DNA from: Phaeosaccion multiseriatum
Taxonomy: Eukaryota > Protista > Ochrophyta, other classes
Direction of reading: 5' to 3'
DNA length: 64,000 nt
Assembly (NCBI GenBank): GCA_965112735.1
Contig: OZ218952.1
Location: 2,542,001 to 2,606,000 of the forward strand
Under the pieces are notes generated by a model that saw only the letters and a program-made list of their open reading frames with translations, did not search any database and was not told where the DNA came from. The translations under genes and the position numbers were made by a program. This document shows, piece by piece, positions 11,086 through 23,071 of this stretch (position 1 is its first letter; each line of letters begins with the position of its first letter).

Positions 11086-13400
11086 ATGGAGGCGCCGCGG
11101 CAGCAGCAGAAGCAGCACAAGCAGGGGAAAGTCACGAAAGCACATGGTAGGGGGGGGGGCTATTGGACTGGCGAGCGAAAGCGTACGCTGAGAGAGATTG
11201 TGGCTCGACGTCTTTACGACTTTGGAGAGGTAGCAAGGGAGCTGCAGGAGAGAGATATAGGCCCGGCTGATGCGCCGCCCCTCTCGGCAGACGAGGTCAG
11301 GAAGCTGTACGCGGACCTCGACAAGTCTGTGAAGAAGAAGAAGGCCAAGGCGCCAAAGGCTCCTTCTTCTTCTGTCGGAGATGACTCTGCTCGAGATGGC
11401 CCGGAGCGGCGGCTGCAGGAGCAGGAGCAGGAACAGCAGCAGCAGCGATTGACTGAGCCCGATGCGACTCTTCAAAGCTTCAACGATATTGTCAAGTCTC
11501 AGGAACAACTGGAGGTTGCGTACGAGAAGAATCAGGAGAGGTGAGGCTCCCGTAGTGCTCGTTGTTCTCACTTCGAGCTCAAGTGAAGCAACAAGGGAAT
11601 TGATAAAAAGCAGGGCCAACCCCTCTCTTGTCTCCCTCTCTGTCTTTATGTGTCTCTTCTGTCTTCTCTGTCCTTCTCTCTCTGCTCCCTGCATCCCTCT
11701 CTTTTCTCTATTTCTCTCGCTGTGGTTCGCTCCTCTCGTCCTCTATGATGTGTCGCCTCCCTCCCTTACATTGTCCCCCCCCCTCCCTTCCTTCCTCAGA
11801 GTGTTCTCACGGGTGCTTGATGCCTTGGCCAGCGAGGAGGGAGGCGACAAGGCCGAGCAAAGAGGGTCAGACATGACCGCTGCGCTCCCTCCAGATATCC
11901 GGCTGGCATGGGAGTCCCGGCAGCAGAGGAGGGAAGACGCCGATTTAGCTCGCCAAACGCTAGAAAGCAAGGTACGGCCAGGGGTGGAGGCAAACACTTT
12001 TCCTGGGAGCGTCTGTGAGCTGGGCATTTTTTGCACTACTTCCTTACCCCCTTTGCTCGGCATTGCCAGGTGGCAATCCTAGTCGGTCCACCGGCAGCCC
12101 TTAGCGAGTGTCAGGCTCCTTCACTCTCTTCTTTGTCCCAAACAAGTCTAGACTCAATAGCTGCTTATCCAAGGACCTTATTGAGCTGATGATACCGAAC
12201 TTCTCATCTCTCTCTCTCTCTCTGTGTGTGTGTGTCTATGTACGACAGGCGGAGGAGGAGAGGGTGCTGGAAGACCAAAGAGCGCGACTTAAGTCTCGCT
12301 ACGAGCCGGGCAGTGTCGACGCCGATGGGGTCAACCCCTTGGCTGAAGCGGACAGGAGGGGCGCAGAGGAGAAGGGCGGAGGTTGCCGGCGTCTTATTGG
12401 TGGCAGAGGCGATGAGGGGAGGGAGGAGGAGGGGGAAGAGAACGAGGAGGAGGGGGAGGCAGAAGAAGTAGGCGGAGGGAGCGCGCCCATTCGCCTCAAC
12501 TTCGGTATGAGTGAGGAGCGCTTAGAGGAGCTGTTGAGCCTTGTCGAGGCGGAGGCCAAGGCTGCCACGCGACATGAACAAGGGCAAGACGGAGGTACTA
12601 GCAGCAGCAGCACTAGCAGCACGAGAAGTGAGATGGCACACGTGCTGGACGTGTTGGAGACGGCCAGTCGAGAGGCGGCGAGGGTCAGATCGAGCGCCAC
12701 AAGACAGGCGCTGCTACTGCCAGCAGGGGCTGGGGCGACTGCGGCACCTGCTGCGAGGAGGAGGGGCAAAGCAGGACCCTCGTCGTCGTCTTCGTCAATG
12801 TCGAGTAGCGATAGAAGAGGGGCGGGGGTAGGCGCTTCCTGTGTCGGGGAGGGCTCTGCCTCGTCCGGGAGGCGTTTAGTGGAGAGTCTTCCCTGTGAGC
12901 AGCGGGGGGCGCAGAGGGGTGGTGAGGATGGTGAACAGCAGCAGGAGGAGGAGGAGCAGCAGAAGAAGAGGAGGGATGCCAGAAGTGGCAGCGGTAGGAA
13001 GGGTGACATTTACAGAGTCGATAGTGCAGAGGAGGAGGGGCGGAGGGGGCGGCGAGGCAATGGAGGAGGAGGAGCAGCAGGAGGAGGAGGAGGAGGAGGA
13101 GGAGGAAGAGAAGGAGAGAATGAAGACGACCACTCCAGCAGCTCGGATTCAGACGCAGAGTTTTTCAGGTCGAGAAGGATGGACATGAAAGTGGCCTCCG
13201 CCTCGTCTCCCGCTGCCGCCAGAGGAGGGTCTGCTGCTGCGCTTAGTGCCTCAGGGCCTGCCTCAGGGGAGGCGGAGGCGTGGGGTTCCTTTTCGAGGCA
13301 GCAGCAGCAGCAGAGGAAGGAGGCCGCGAACGCTGCCTCTCGACGGCGCAGGTTCTGTAACAGCGGCGTCGGCCAGCAGCACGAGCACCAGCACGAGTAG
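11086..13400 (+). CDS. Unknown protein, 3 exons (11086-11540, 11800-11971, 12249-13400), largely low complexity
   Basis: ATG at 11086 and phase-compatible GT-AG junctions. Short helical N-terminal segment YWTGERKRTLREIVARRLYDFGEVAREL. No family recognised. Confidence 0.65.
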
Positions 13401-13441
13401 CGAGAGGGAGGTGTAAGTAGATGCCACTGAATCACTAACTA

Positions 13442-13560
13442 GTCGGCGCCAGGCGAGGTTTCTCTGGCCCCCGATAAGCAGAAGCCAGAGGCGGCCTACG
13501 GCCGAAAGCAAGAAGCCAGGAGCCAGGGGCTGGGACTGCGGCTTCAGAAGCCAGCAGAAC
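13442..13560. mobile_element. Degenerate fragment related to the TCGGCCC MITE family
   Basis: Starts tcggcgccagg and has repeated aagcagaagccag, the reverse complement of the ctgg.t.ctgctt motif of the 1096-1297 MITE. No intact second TIR or TSD. Confidence 0.35.
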
Positions 13561-13625
13561 AGCACCTCCCCCCCCCCCATTATTATTTTTTTTCTCTCAG
13601 CCTGACAAGCCTGAAAAGAAGAATT

Positions 13626-13720
13626 TGTGTCGGATCGAGCGTTCGTGTCGGGCCCGCTGGAGCGCGACGGCCAATCGCCGCCGATAATGCAAACAGCATC
13701 GCATAAGCCTCGTGTCCAGA
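13626..13720 (-). mobile_element. Short fragment of the same LINE 3' region
   Basis: About 95 bp closely matching 1349-1444; encodes RRRLAVALQRARHERSIRH. Confidence 0.8.
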
Positions 13721-13806
13721 AGATAAAAAATCAAAAAATCGAATAAAAGATGGTTCAACAGTTGGTCATCCAACAACGACGGACGGCAAAAACAAAACAC
13801 ACCTGC

Positions 13807-16126
13807 ATGATGACAGTCCGGCAGGGCGTAGTAGTGGCAGTAGCTACAGCTGCATTGAATTTTCTCATACTCTGTACCCCTCATTCGGCCTTCGTATCTG
13901 CTCCAGCAGTAGCTGTACGTAGCAGAGCACATGTTTGTAAGAGAAAAACCCCGGTCATGATGGCCGATGGCGAGGTGAGTTCGCGTGATGCTTAGAGGCT
14001 TAGAGAAGATACCTCCCTCTCTCCCTTTGTTGAGCACTATTCTCACTCTCCTCTCTCCTCTCCCCCATCGCAGCTAAACCAGAAGGGAAACCCCAGCCTC
14101 GCCATCGCCTTGCCATTGAGCAGGGACCAGCAGATTGGTCAGGCGCAGAGGGCTGTACAGGCGGCGTTTGAGGACGGCATAACGAGGCAGCTGCTCGTTC
14201 TCAGTCTTCCTCTGACTGGGGCAACAGAGATGGTACGTGTTCAAGTCCAGATCACTGGCTGGCTTTTCGGTCTGGCGTCTTTTTCGGCAGGCTAATCCTT
14301 GATCTTCCCCCCGTGTCCGTTCCCCTCTCTGTGTGTCACATCTGCCCTCAGGATGATTGGCCAGGTGAGGGTGGGGCTTCGGCCTGTCGGTGTAGCTTTA
14401 GTTGCGGCCTCCAAGCATAGGACTCCTCTGCCTCTATACCCGCCCCTTTTTCCTTGCATCCATTCACCATACCCCGTGTGTGTGTGTACCAATGCTGACA
14501 ACGCTCACACAACAGGCGGCGTTGTGCAAATGTACTCGGCCGCAAGCCCTATGGCGAAGAGCATCATGCAGGCCTTACCCACTTGGGCGGCAGACGCAGC
14601 TGCAGATGAGGGAGAAGGAGGAGAACAGACGAAGCCACCACCATCAGGCTCTGGCAAGAGGAAGGTGATTGAGCAGATCATAGACTCTGGGGACAGCGTG
14701 GGCCTCCTGCAGTCCGTGGCTGACGACCCTCGGGACGATGCGTACGCCTTCGTGTTCCCCGCGGTCGAGTCGCTCGAATCCATCCAGCAGGTGTGCGCGT
14801 GTCTTGAGTGTGTTTTGTGTGTGTGCTTGCTTGCTTTCTTGCCTTCGGTGCTGTACTATTGTGCTGCTGCTACAGCTGCTGCTGCATATATACCCTAGGC
14901 CTGGTCTGTCCCCGTTCTACCCAAGGCCTTCCCCCACTGCTCCTGTGCGGCCGATCCAAGGGAGACCAATACAACTACGAAACTGAAAGTACAAACTCTC
15001 CTTTTACATGCTTGGACACACACACATACAGGTGGACGCCTCTGCGAAGTCTAGGCTTGTGGCGCTAATAAATCCCCAGTGGAAGAGTGTGGCCGACTTT
15101 GGGATGTTCGCCAAGGATCCCGCAGAGGTGGGTTGGGTTGAGTGGGCGGGAGGAAGATTCCGCTTAGCTTACTAAAGTGCAGCTCCGTCGATAAAATGTA
15201 GAGGTCTGCGTGTGCTTGCGTGCATACTTGGGGCTCTTTGACACCCACACACACTCACAGGCGCTGCATCCCCACTCTTGCTCCTCGCGTCCAGCGGCTG
15301 CTCCGCCCCGCTCCCCCTCCACCCCTGCCCCGGTCCCGGCTGAAACCTGACACCAGCTACCCCAACTCGCCCCGCGTACTCTGCCCTCTCCCCCCCCCCC
15401 CCCCCCCGCTATGCTCTACACCTATCCCCCGCTCCGTCCGTCCTGTCTGCTATACCCTTGTTTGTCTACATGTGTTGCAGAAGTACCTGGCCCCCTACGC
15501 TCCCGTGTATCACCTCCAGTCCTACATCTTCAAAGGCCTGACGTGCAGACTCCTCAGGGCTTACCCCAACCCGTGGCAGGTCTGTCGGTAGCGACGAGTC
15601 ACGTCCTTGTAGCGTTATCCTTACTCTTATCCTCACGTACCGTACATACTCTTTACGCTCACCCTTTACCGCCGTTCCCGTTCCTATTCCTCTTCACCGT
15701 CTTCAATCAATCACCCGTAGAAGAGTCTCTTTTGTGGCCTTGCTGTACTTCCTCCCGTCTCCCGCGCGTAGCGTTGTTCAAGATTGAAGAGGAGATTGAA
15801 GAGGGGCTGTTGCTGTTGCTGCTGTTGCTGCTACCGGGGTGTCAGTCCCGCTCACCCCTGACAACGCGCTGCTCACGTTTTAACCATGCCCCCCCCCCCC
15901 TCTAACCTCTGCACTGCTGTGGCTATATCACCAACTGCTCCACCTCCTACACCGAAAGCTGTTCAAGGTAGACGAGACAATGGGCAGCCGCGAGTTCGTA
16001 ACCTCGTGGGAGGAGCGACCCTCCACCGCCGAGCTCGAGAGCGCGCTCTTCTCGGCCTACGGGGAGCCGAGCACCCGAGACAGGATAGATACGGCCGTGC
16101 GCCTCATCAAGGAGTCGGGCATGTAG
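13807..16126 (+). CDS. Plastid-targeted DUF1995-like protein
   Basis: Signal peptide ending HSA-FVSAP (ASAF-type motif). QAQRAVQAAFEDGITRQ, LPLTGATEM|DDWP|GGVVQM (13-nt microexon 14352-14364), ALINPQW and LLRAYPNPWQ resemble DUF1995 proteins. Ends ...KESGM*. Confidence 0.75.
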
Positions 16127-16571
16127 TCAGCCGCTGGAACGGCTGTCACGGCACGTCAGTTATTTTCCCACGGTGTGTGTGTAGCGGTGCGGTGCGGTGC
16201 GGGTGCGACGGGCGTAGGGTGGGGTGGGCTGAGTTGGTGCGCTCGATGCAGTGAATCACACGCCGTCCCGTCAGAGTCAATCGTTCTCTCAATTCGCCGT
16301 GGCCAGGCATACATACATTGCCTGATGAAGGAGCCAGTCAGTAAGTCAGTAATAGGGGACGAAAAGTCCCTAAAGCTTACAATATGTGGACTCGATGATG
16401 ATATTATAAATAACAAACAATGGGTTGTATCGCGAGTGATGGCTCGTCATGAGAGCCGCTACCTTATGCCGAGGCTGTGCCCAGGAGCTTTCAGATTCTG
16501 TCCCAAAAGCCCAAGGCCGTTGTTTGGAGTCTCCTTCGCCTCGACAACGGATCAATCCGATGGGAAACAGA

Positions 16572-16645
<74 letters not shown>

Positions 16646-17074
16646 ATCACCCCCTGCTTCTACAAGGGACAAGGGACACACAAGTACATCATGCTTTGAA
16701 GTACATGGCATCGCTCACCCTCCATAGCCCCCCCCCCCTCCCTCCCCCCCTCTCCCCCCGTCTGCTGTTCTCTGTTCCAAACAGAGAACAAGCGTTTGTA
16801 GAAGAAGAACAAAGGGAAACATACATACACACACATTAACACACATGCATACACTCACTCACACACACACACACACACACACAATTGGCGAGATGTCCCG
16901 TCCCGCCCAGCAGCAGCTGATTGCCTTCAGGGGGGGGGTGGAATCCATCCATCACGAGCTTGCTGCAGAGCGGAACGACCCGACTCACACATTCACACCA
17001 TTCACCATCCTCACCCCAGCAGCCCCCCTGGGTGCTTCACTGGGCTTGAGCATTCCGTATGCTTGTCTATTCCG

Positions 17075-18274
17075 TCACATGGAGGAGCCTGTCCATACGT
17101 ACACGCCGATGGCCACAATGAGCGCGAAGAGGATGAAGGTGTCTTGTATGTGCTTGTGTGCAAGCTCAGCGTGTCGCTGCCCTGCCACGCCCACATCATC
17201 CACACCCTCACCCCCACCCTCACCTCCATCCACCACCCCATCAGGCCCCGGGGCTGCACCCCCAGCGCCAGCGCCAGCACCGGCACCGGCAGCAGCACCA
17301 GCCCCAGCACCACCTCCCACACCCCCACCAACACCCCCACCAACACGGCCACCAACACGGCCACCAGAAGCAGCTGCAGCAGAAGCTCCCACGTGCCGCC
17401 GCGGGGGCTGTCCCGATGAGTCTCCCCGGGCGGTGTCTGCTCCGGCTGCTGGTCTGGCTGCCGCTTGAGCTCCTTCTACTCCTGCTTGTTCTCCTTCCAC
17501 TCCCACCGACCGACCCTGTGATCGCCCCACTGGCCTTCCCCCCGCTGCCGTTACAGTTTCCGGAGTCGGGCCGTTGGCCGAGGCTGCAGGGAGAGGGAGG
17601 CCAGTGCTGGTTCGCTTGCGACTCTCCGCATGTGTGTGTGTGGGGTGGTAGAAGAGAAGCACACTCTGCACCTGCACGTGGCGCTCGTCCTCCACCACGT
17701 AATAGTCCCCGGCCGCCGAGCCATCCGTACCAGAGGCAGCAGCAGCCCCAGCAGCAGTAGCAGCAGCACCACCACCACCACCACCACCACCACCACCACC
17801 ACTGTCCCTGGCCGCGGAGGTAGCGCCATCGCTGACGCTCTTACGCACCGTCTGCCTGCCACTGTTGGCGTCCAGCCGATGCCCGCAGTCGAGGACCCTG
17901 ACCTTGAGCAGCATTTGATACTGCAACACGCCCGAGTCGTCTGTAAAGATGCTGCCCTTCCACCCTTTCCCGTCGCCCCTCTTGGCAAAGCCCAGGGCTG
18001 TGGATGCGTCTCCGGAGAGGTAGATGCCGTCTCCGAAGGCGGCTCCGGTGGCTTGCTGCCTGCTTCCACTCATGTTCCGCAGTCCTACACCACCGGCAAT
18101 GGCAAGGAGGAAAGGGAGAGAGGGAGGGAAGGAGGGAAGGGAGAGAGGTTAAGCATTCGCCCTGCTTCAGACATCCGCCTCTCGGTCCCCCTCATGAGGG
18201 CAGCAGCGGGGCCAAAGGGACAGACAGGGCGAGAGATGCAAGCGTAAAGACAGGAGAGAAAGAAAGAAAGAAAA

Positions 18275-18330
<56 letters not shown>

Positions 18331-18812
18331 CAGAAAGAAAGAAAGAAAGAAAGAAAGAAAAGGAGAGAGACAAAAAAAAGGACAAAGACAGAGAGACATC
18401 AACAGAGACAGATACAAATGTCGCCACCCACGCACTCATCCCTCACTCACCGTGGTGGGCAATGTTGTGTATGTTAGTGCTGCTGGTCCCGTGATAGGCT
18501 ACGCAAGCCCCGTGCTCCTCTGCCAGTCGCTCGAAGCCCGGATCCGGCGGCCTCTCCACACCCAACTCCGCCACAGGCTGATCCAAGAGCTCTTGGGGGG
18601 GTCTGAGAGCACCCAACTTGGCCGTGTCCAGTTGAGTGGATAGACGGGTAAAGAGGAAATGCAGCACAGATAGAGAGGCTGGAGAGAGAGCGGCCCTTCC
18701 CTTGCTGCCACTGGCTCCCCCCCTTCGCCTCGCCCTATCCTCTTCTGCAGCACCCTCGTCACCCCCTTCCGCTTCTCCTCCTCCACATTGGCAGCATTTG
18801 TAAGCGTGGCCC

Positions 18813-18866
<54 letters not shown>

Positions 18867-20218
18867 GCTCCTTCTGCCCTCTCCTCCTTCGTCGCGCTGC
18901 TATCACCATCCTTATGCCCCGTCCCGCCACCAATACTACAGCTGCTGCTGTCGCTATCCGCTAGAGCCTCTGCAGCGGCCAATTCCCCTCCCCCCTCTGC
19001 TGCCTTCTTCCCCCCCCCGCACCCCAAGCACCCCCTCCCGTTCGGTGCCACGTCATCCCGGAACAAGTCCTGAAGAGGAGGAATGTCGTCAATCGCCCCA
19101 AGGAGCCCCGCATAATCGCTGCTTTTCACACCCAATTGCCATTGTGCCGGAAACGGACTCGCCACGGTATCTCGTCGATAACTCGCAAGTGCCATGTGAA
19201 AGCAAGTTAACGCCACATCACAGCCAACGGGGTTTCTCGCCAGGAGGTCAAAGAGGGAGTCGTCGAGCCTCCGCTGGAGAGTCAGCCCCCCGAGCAGCAC
19301 CCCCGCCCGCTCCCGGAGCTTTCGCGCCGCCTTGACCACGATGAGCACTTGCATCATCACGGAGGACTTGAGGTAAAGGGAAGGAGCCGAGTCCGAAGGA
19401 CAGGTGCGTGGGGGGTAGGGGGTGGTTCGAGGTGGTTCATGGCGGTGTGGTGAGGGCATAAACAGTGCAGGCAGGCAGGCAGGCAGGTGGGCAGGTAGGC
19501 AGGAAGGCAGCAGCAGGCAGGCAGGCAGGTCAGGCAGAGAGACAGGCAGGTAGGCAGGCAGGTAGGCAGATAGGCAGGTAGGTAGACAGGCGTATGGGCA
19601 GGTAGATGGGCAGGCAGATGGGCAGGCAGATGGTGCGGGGGCGGACAGAGAGGCCACAGAACGAATTCATCCCCTTACCTTGGTCAGGGGGACCATGCGG
19701 GCGTTGGCCTCTTGTACGGCAGGACATAGCCAGTCCTCCGCCTCACAGAAGCAAAAGGGAGGCTCGGCCATGGAAGCGGGGAAGAACATGTACACACAGC
19801 CCATCGAGCTCCTTCCGATGAGCTGTAGCGCTCCCTCGTCTGTCGTCTCCTCCGCCATTGTTGCCTCATCACAGTTCCCCAGGCTGGTGTTGCTGTTGCT
19901 GTACTCCGAGGCGCCAATGCGCATGGGAGCTTGGAGAAATATGCTGAGGATCCGATCGTCCTGCTCGGCAACGGGGGGGTACACACAGCAGCAATGCGTT
20001 TGGCATTTACAGTCAGTGGGGAGGAAGGAGGAGATGGAAGGGGAGGGGGAGGAGAGATGAATCATCCTCGAGCTCACCTCATCCCAGTGCAAATGGTGGA
20101 CTGTGGGATCCTTCTTCTCAATGTTCTCTCGGGAAACAAGCTCCTCCACCTCCTTGAACAGAAGCGCGTCGCTGTCCTTCTCTGCTGCCAGGGCACCTGG
20201 TGCTGTCGTATTGATCAT
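17075..20218 (-). CDS. PARP16: PARP16-like tail-anchored mono-ADP-ribosyltransferase with an N-terminal extension
   Basis: FHMALASYRRDTVASPFP (PARP16 helical domain), AYHGTSSTNIHNIAHHG|LRN, AFGDGIYLS, DYYVVEDERHVQV (H-Y-Y triad) and C-terminal TM FILFALIVAIGVYVW. Confidence 0.85.
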
Positions 20219-20468
20219 CCTTATCGATGTGCCTTTCTCGAGGTAGCGCCCAGCAACGACTCAAGCAATATCAGGAAGGAGTCGACATGACTCTTCTCCA
20301 CACTCTAAGGCCTCACAACGCTTTGAAGGCTCCCCTCTAAAAGAGAGCGGAGAGTTGCTTTTGGCAATTGCTTTTGGTGGAATGGGGAGAAGTGAATTGT
20401 TTAGGGTTGGGCCGACACCCCCTTGGGGGGGGGCGAAAGAGCAGCAAGAGACAAAGAGAAAAAAAGAA

Positions 20469-21398
20469 ATGGCAGAGTTCGAGGGAGCTGCTGCGGCTGG
20501 GTTGGTCAACGATGACGTAGAGAGGGAGGAGCAGCAGCCAGAGGAGGAGGAGGAAGAGGAGGAGGAGGGGGAGGAGGAGGAAGAGGGAGAGGCCGAGGTC
20601 GACTACCCATTGAAAGTCATCTACTGTGGAGGTGAGTTTGGTGGAGGTTCTCGGCACAATGCATGCTCTGACGAGCTGATGACGCGCACTCAGGGCGTGC
20701 TTAACTGTGAGCAGCAGCAGCTATTCTTAACCACCCTTCTCGGTGATAATACCCTTTCCATCCCTCTCCCTTTCTCGGCCCCTTGTACCTCGCCCCCACG
20801 GCCCTCCCCGCTGCACAACATGACAGTATGCGGTCTTCCACCAGAGTATTGCTCTTACGGCTCCTCCGAGGCAGAGTGCAAGGCTTGGGCAGAGGCCAAT
20901 TGCCCCGATGAATTGAAGGCTTTAGAGGATAGGTTAGCGGCAGTCAGCGTGAGCAGCGGCGGCGGTGGCAAAAAAGGCAGCAAAAGCAAAGGAACGGGGG
21001 GTGACACAGCGGGCGCGGATGGTGAGGGGGAGGAGGAGGAGGGAGACGGAGGAGGAGACGAGGACAAGAAGGAGAGAAAGAAGAAGAAAAAGAAGAGCTC
21101 AAAGGAAAAGAAGAGCTCCTCTGGAGAGGTGAAGGGCGAGACGAGGGTGTGGATCGCGCGCGTGAACCGCAATAAGAGAAAATACGTGACGGTGGTGGGC
21201 GGCATGGATACCGTACCTGGCGTTAAGCTCAAAGACGCCGCCAAGGCCATGGGGAAGCACTTTGCTTGCGGTGCGAGCGTCAACAAGGGCGCCACTGCGG
21301 AGGAGATTATCATTCAGGGCGATGTCGTCATGGACCTGCCGGATTGGCTGGCGGCGACATTTAATGTGGGGGCCGATAAGATTTTCCTCCAGAGCTGA
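20469..21398 (+). CDS. DENR: Density-regulated protein DENR/Tma22 (SUI1 domain); intron 20632-20826
   Basis: YPLKVIYCG|VCGLPPEYCSYG zinc motif; RNKRKYVTVVGG...FACGASV...EIIIQGDV SUI1 domain. Confidence 0.95.
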   Translation: MAEFEGAAAAGLVNDDVEREEQQPEEEEEEEEEGEEEEEGEAEVDYPLKVIYCGGEFGGGSRHNACSDELMTRTQGVLNCEQQQLFLTTLLGDNTLSIPLPFSAPCTSPPRPSPLHNMTVCGLPPEYCSYGSSEAECKAWAEANCPDELKALEDRLAAVSVSSGGGGKKGSKSKGTGGDTAGADGEGEEEEGDGGGDEDKKERKKKKKKSSKEKKSSSGEVKGETRVWIARVNRNKRKYVTVVGGMDTVPGVKLKDAAKAMGKHFACGASVNKGATAEEIIIQGDVVMDLPDWLAATFNVGADKIFLQS

Positions 21399-22564
21399 GC
21401 AGCACATCTGCTACCTGTGTCTGCCTGTCTGGCAACGCAGACCCTTGAACTCGTCAAGTCTTGCCGGGTGGGGATGGAGGTGGTGCTGGTGGGGCATATG
21501 CTCTTCGTATTGTACTACGTACTCATTACCAGATGTTGCATTTTGCCTTTCGGTAGGTAGGTGCTTGTTGATTTCCCTGTCCGGAGCGAGGGAAGAAGAG
21601 AACAACATGTTGGGGCAAGACTGGCTGGGCTGGACTGGCTGTGTATTCTACGTGCAAGACGAATTCGAGGAGGAGGAGGAGGATGATGATGTTGATGCTT
21701 GTGCAGCAGCAGAAAGGGAGGAGGAGGAGGAGGAGGAGGAGGACGAGGAGGAGGACGAGGACGAGGACGACCCCAGCACAACAAGGAGGGTACACATACT
21801 TACGAGCCTCATTAACCCCCCCACCAAGCCCAACTATCTCTCTCTCTCTCCCTCTCTCTCTCGGTGTATTGGAGGCCGCAGATTTGAGGCAGGCGGGTAT
21901 CCGCGTGTTGAGGCGCACCCCTCTTCCGCAAAGGCTGACTCATTGGTGGCAATTAATAGACCGATTTTTGATAAGCAGTACGTGCTCTGCCCTGTCTGCT
22001 CCTCATCACCAGCAGTAAGAGACTGAAGCACAAGTCATCAGTCCTACTTGTAAAGGACTGACACACACACGTCATCATTCCTACTTGAAGGCATGAGATG
22101 AACGGTCTTCACCAGCCATCAATCAATGAATCAATCAATGACTCGACGCGTGTGTGCACGTGTTGAGTCTTCAGTGTCCGTCACCAGCCCTATACACGAG
22201 ACACAAGAGGAGGGAGGGGGAGGTGAGGGGGGGGGGGGGGGGTGAGCGGGGGTGAGGGGTTACGAAACTGCCAGAGGAGCGAAACGACAGGGGAGGGGGG
22301 GGGGGGGTCAGGGGGGGGGAAGCCCCTTCACCACGAGCCCTCGCCTCCCTCCCTCCCTTCCTGCCTGCCTCTCGCTTTCATCCAGAGCCAACGTCCTTTC
22401 CGTAATGCCTTGACCAGCAAACATAGTGCCCCTGGACAGCCCCACCACCACAGGGTGCAAAGCAGCAGCGGAGGAGAGAGGTCGCAATGGCGAGCCGCAA
22501 GAGCACCAGCAGCATCACTCGCTTAAAAGCGCTAAACAACTCACCCACGCACTCACTCACTCAC

Positions 22565-23015
22565 TCAATCAACCAACCTCTGTCCTCCATCCCTCCCTCC
22601 CTCCGTCCGTCCCTCCTCTCCCTCACTCACAGCGAAGATGAAGCTCTGCAGCAAAGGCACGACCTTAAGCCTACTGCCATCCCCGAGCACATCCAACACT
22701 TCCTCAGGGCCCTCTGCAGAGAGAAGAGACTCGGCCCTGAACACGAAGATGGCAGCCGACAGGACAGGGAGTAGTGTCAGGCTGTCGTAGCCCAGCAGAC
22801 GATCCCACAGCAAGAGCACCTAGAAGGGGGGAGTGGGCAGGGCAGGGGGGGGGAGGGGGGTGTCAGATGGTGAAGAGGGGCCAGAGGTCCTCGACGGAGC
22901 ACACTCACTGCATGCATTGAGGCAAGGCATTGATGGAGGCAGGAGAGGCGTTGCTCCGCTTGATGCTGGGCCTCGCACCGTCTTGGGAGCACTTAGCAAG
23001 CATCCAAGGAAAGAG

Positions 23016-23071
<56 letters not shown>

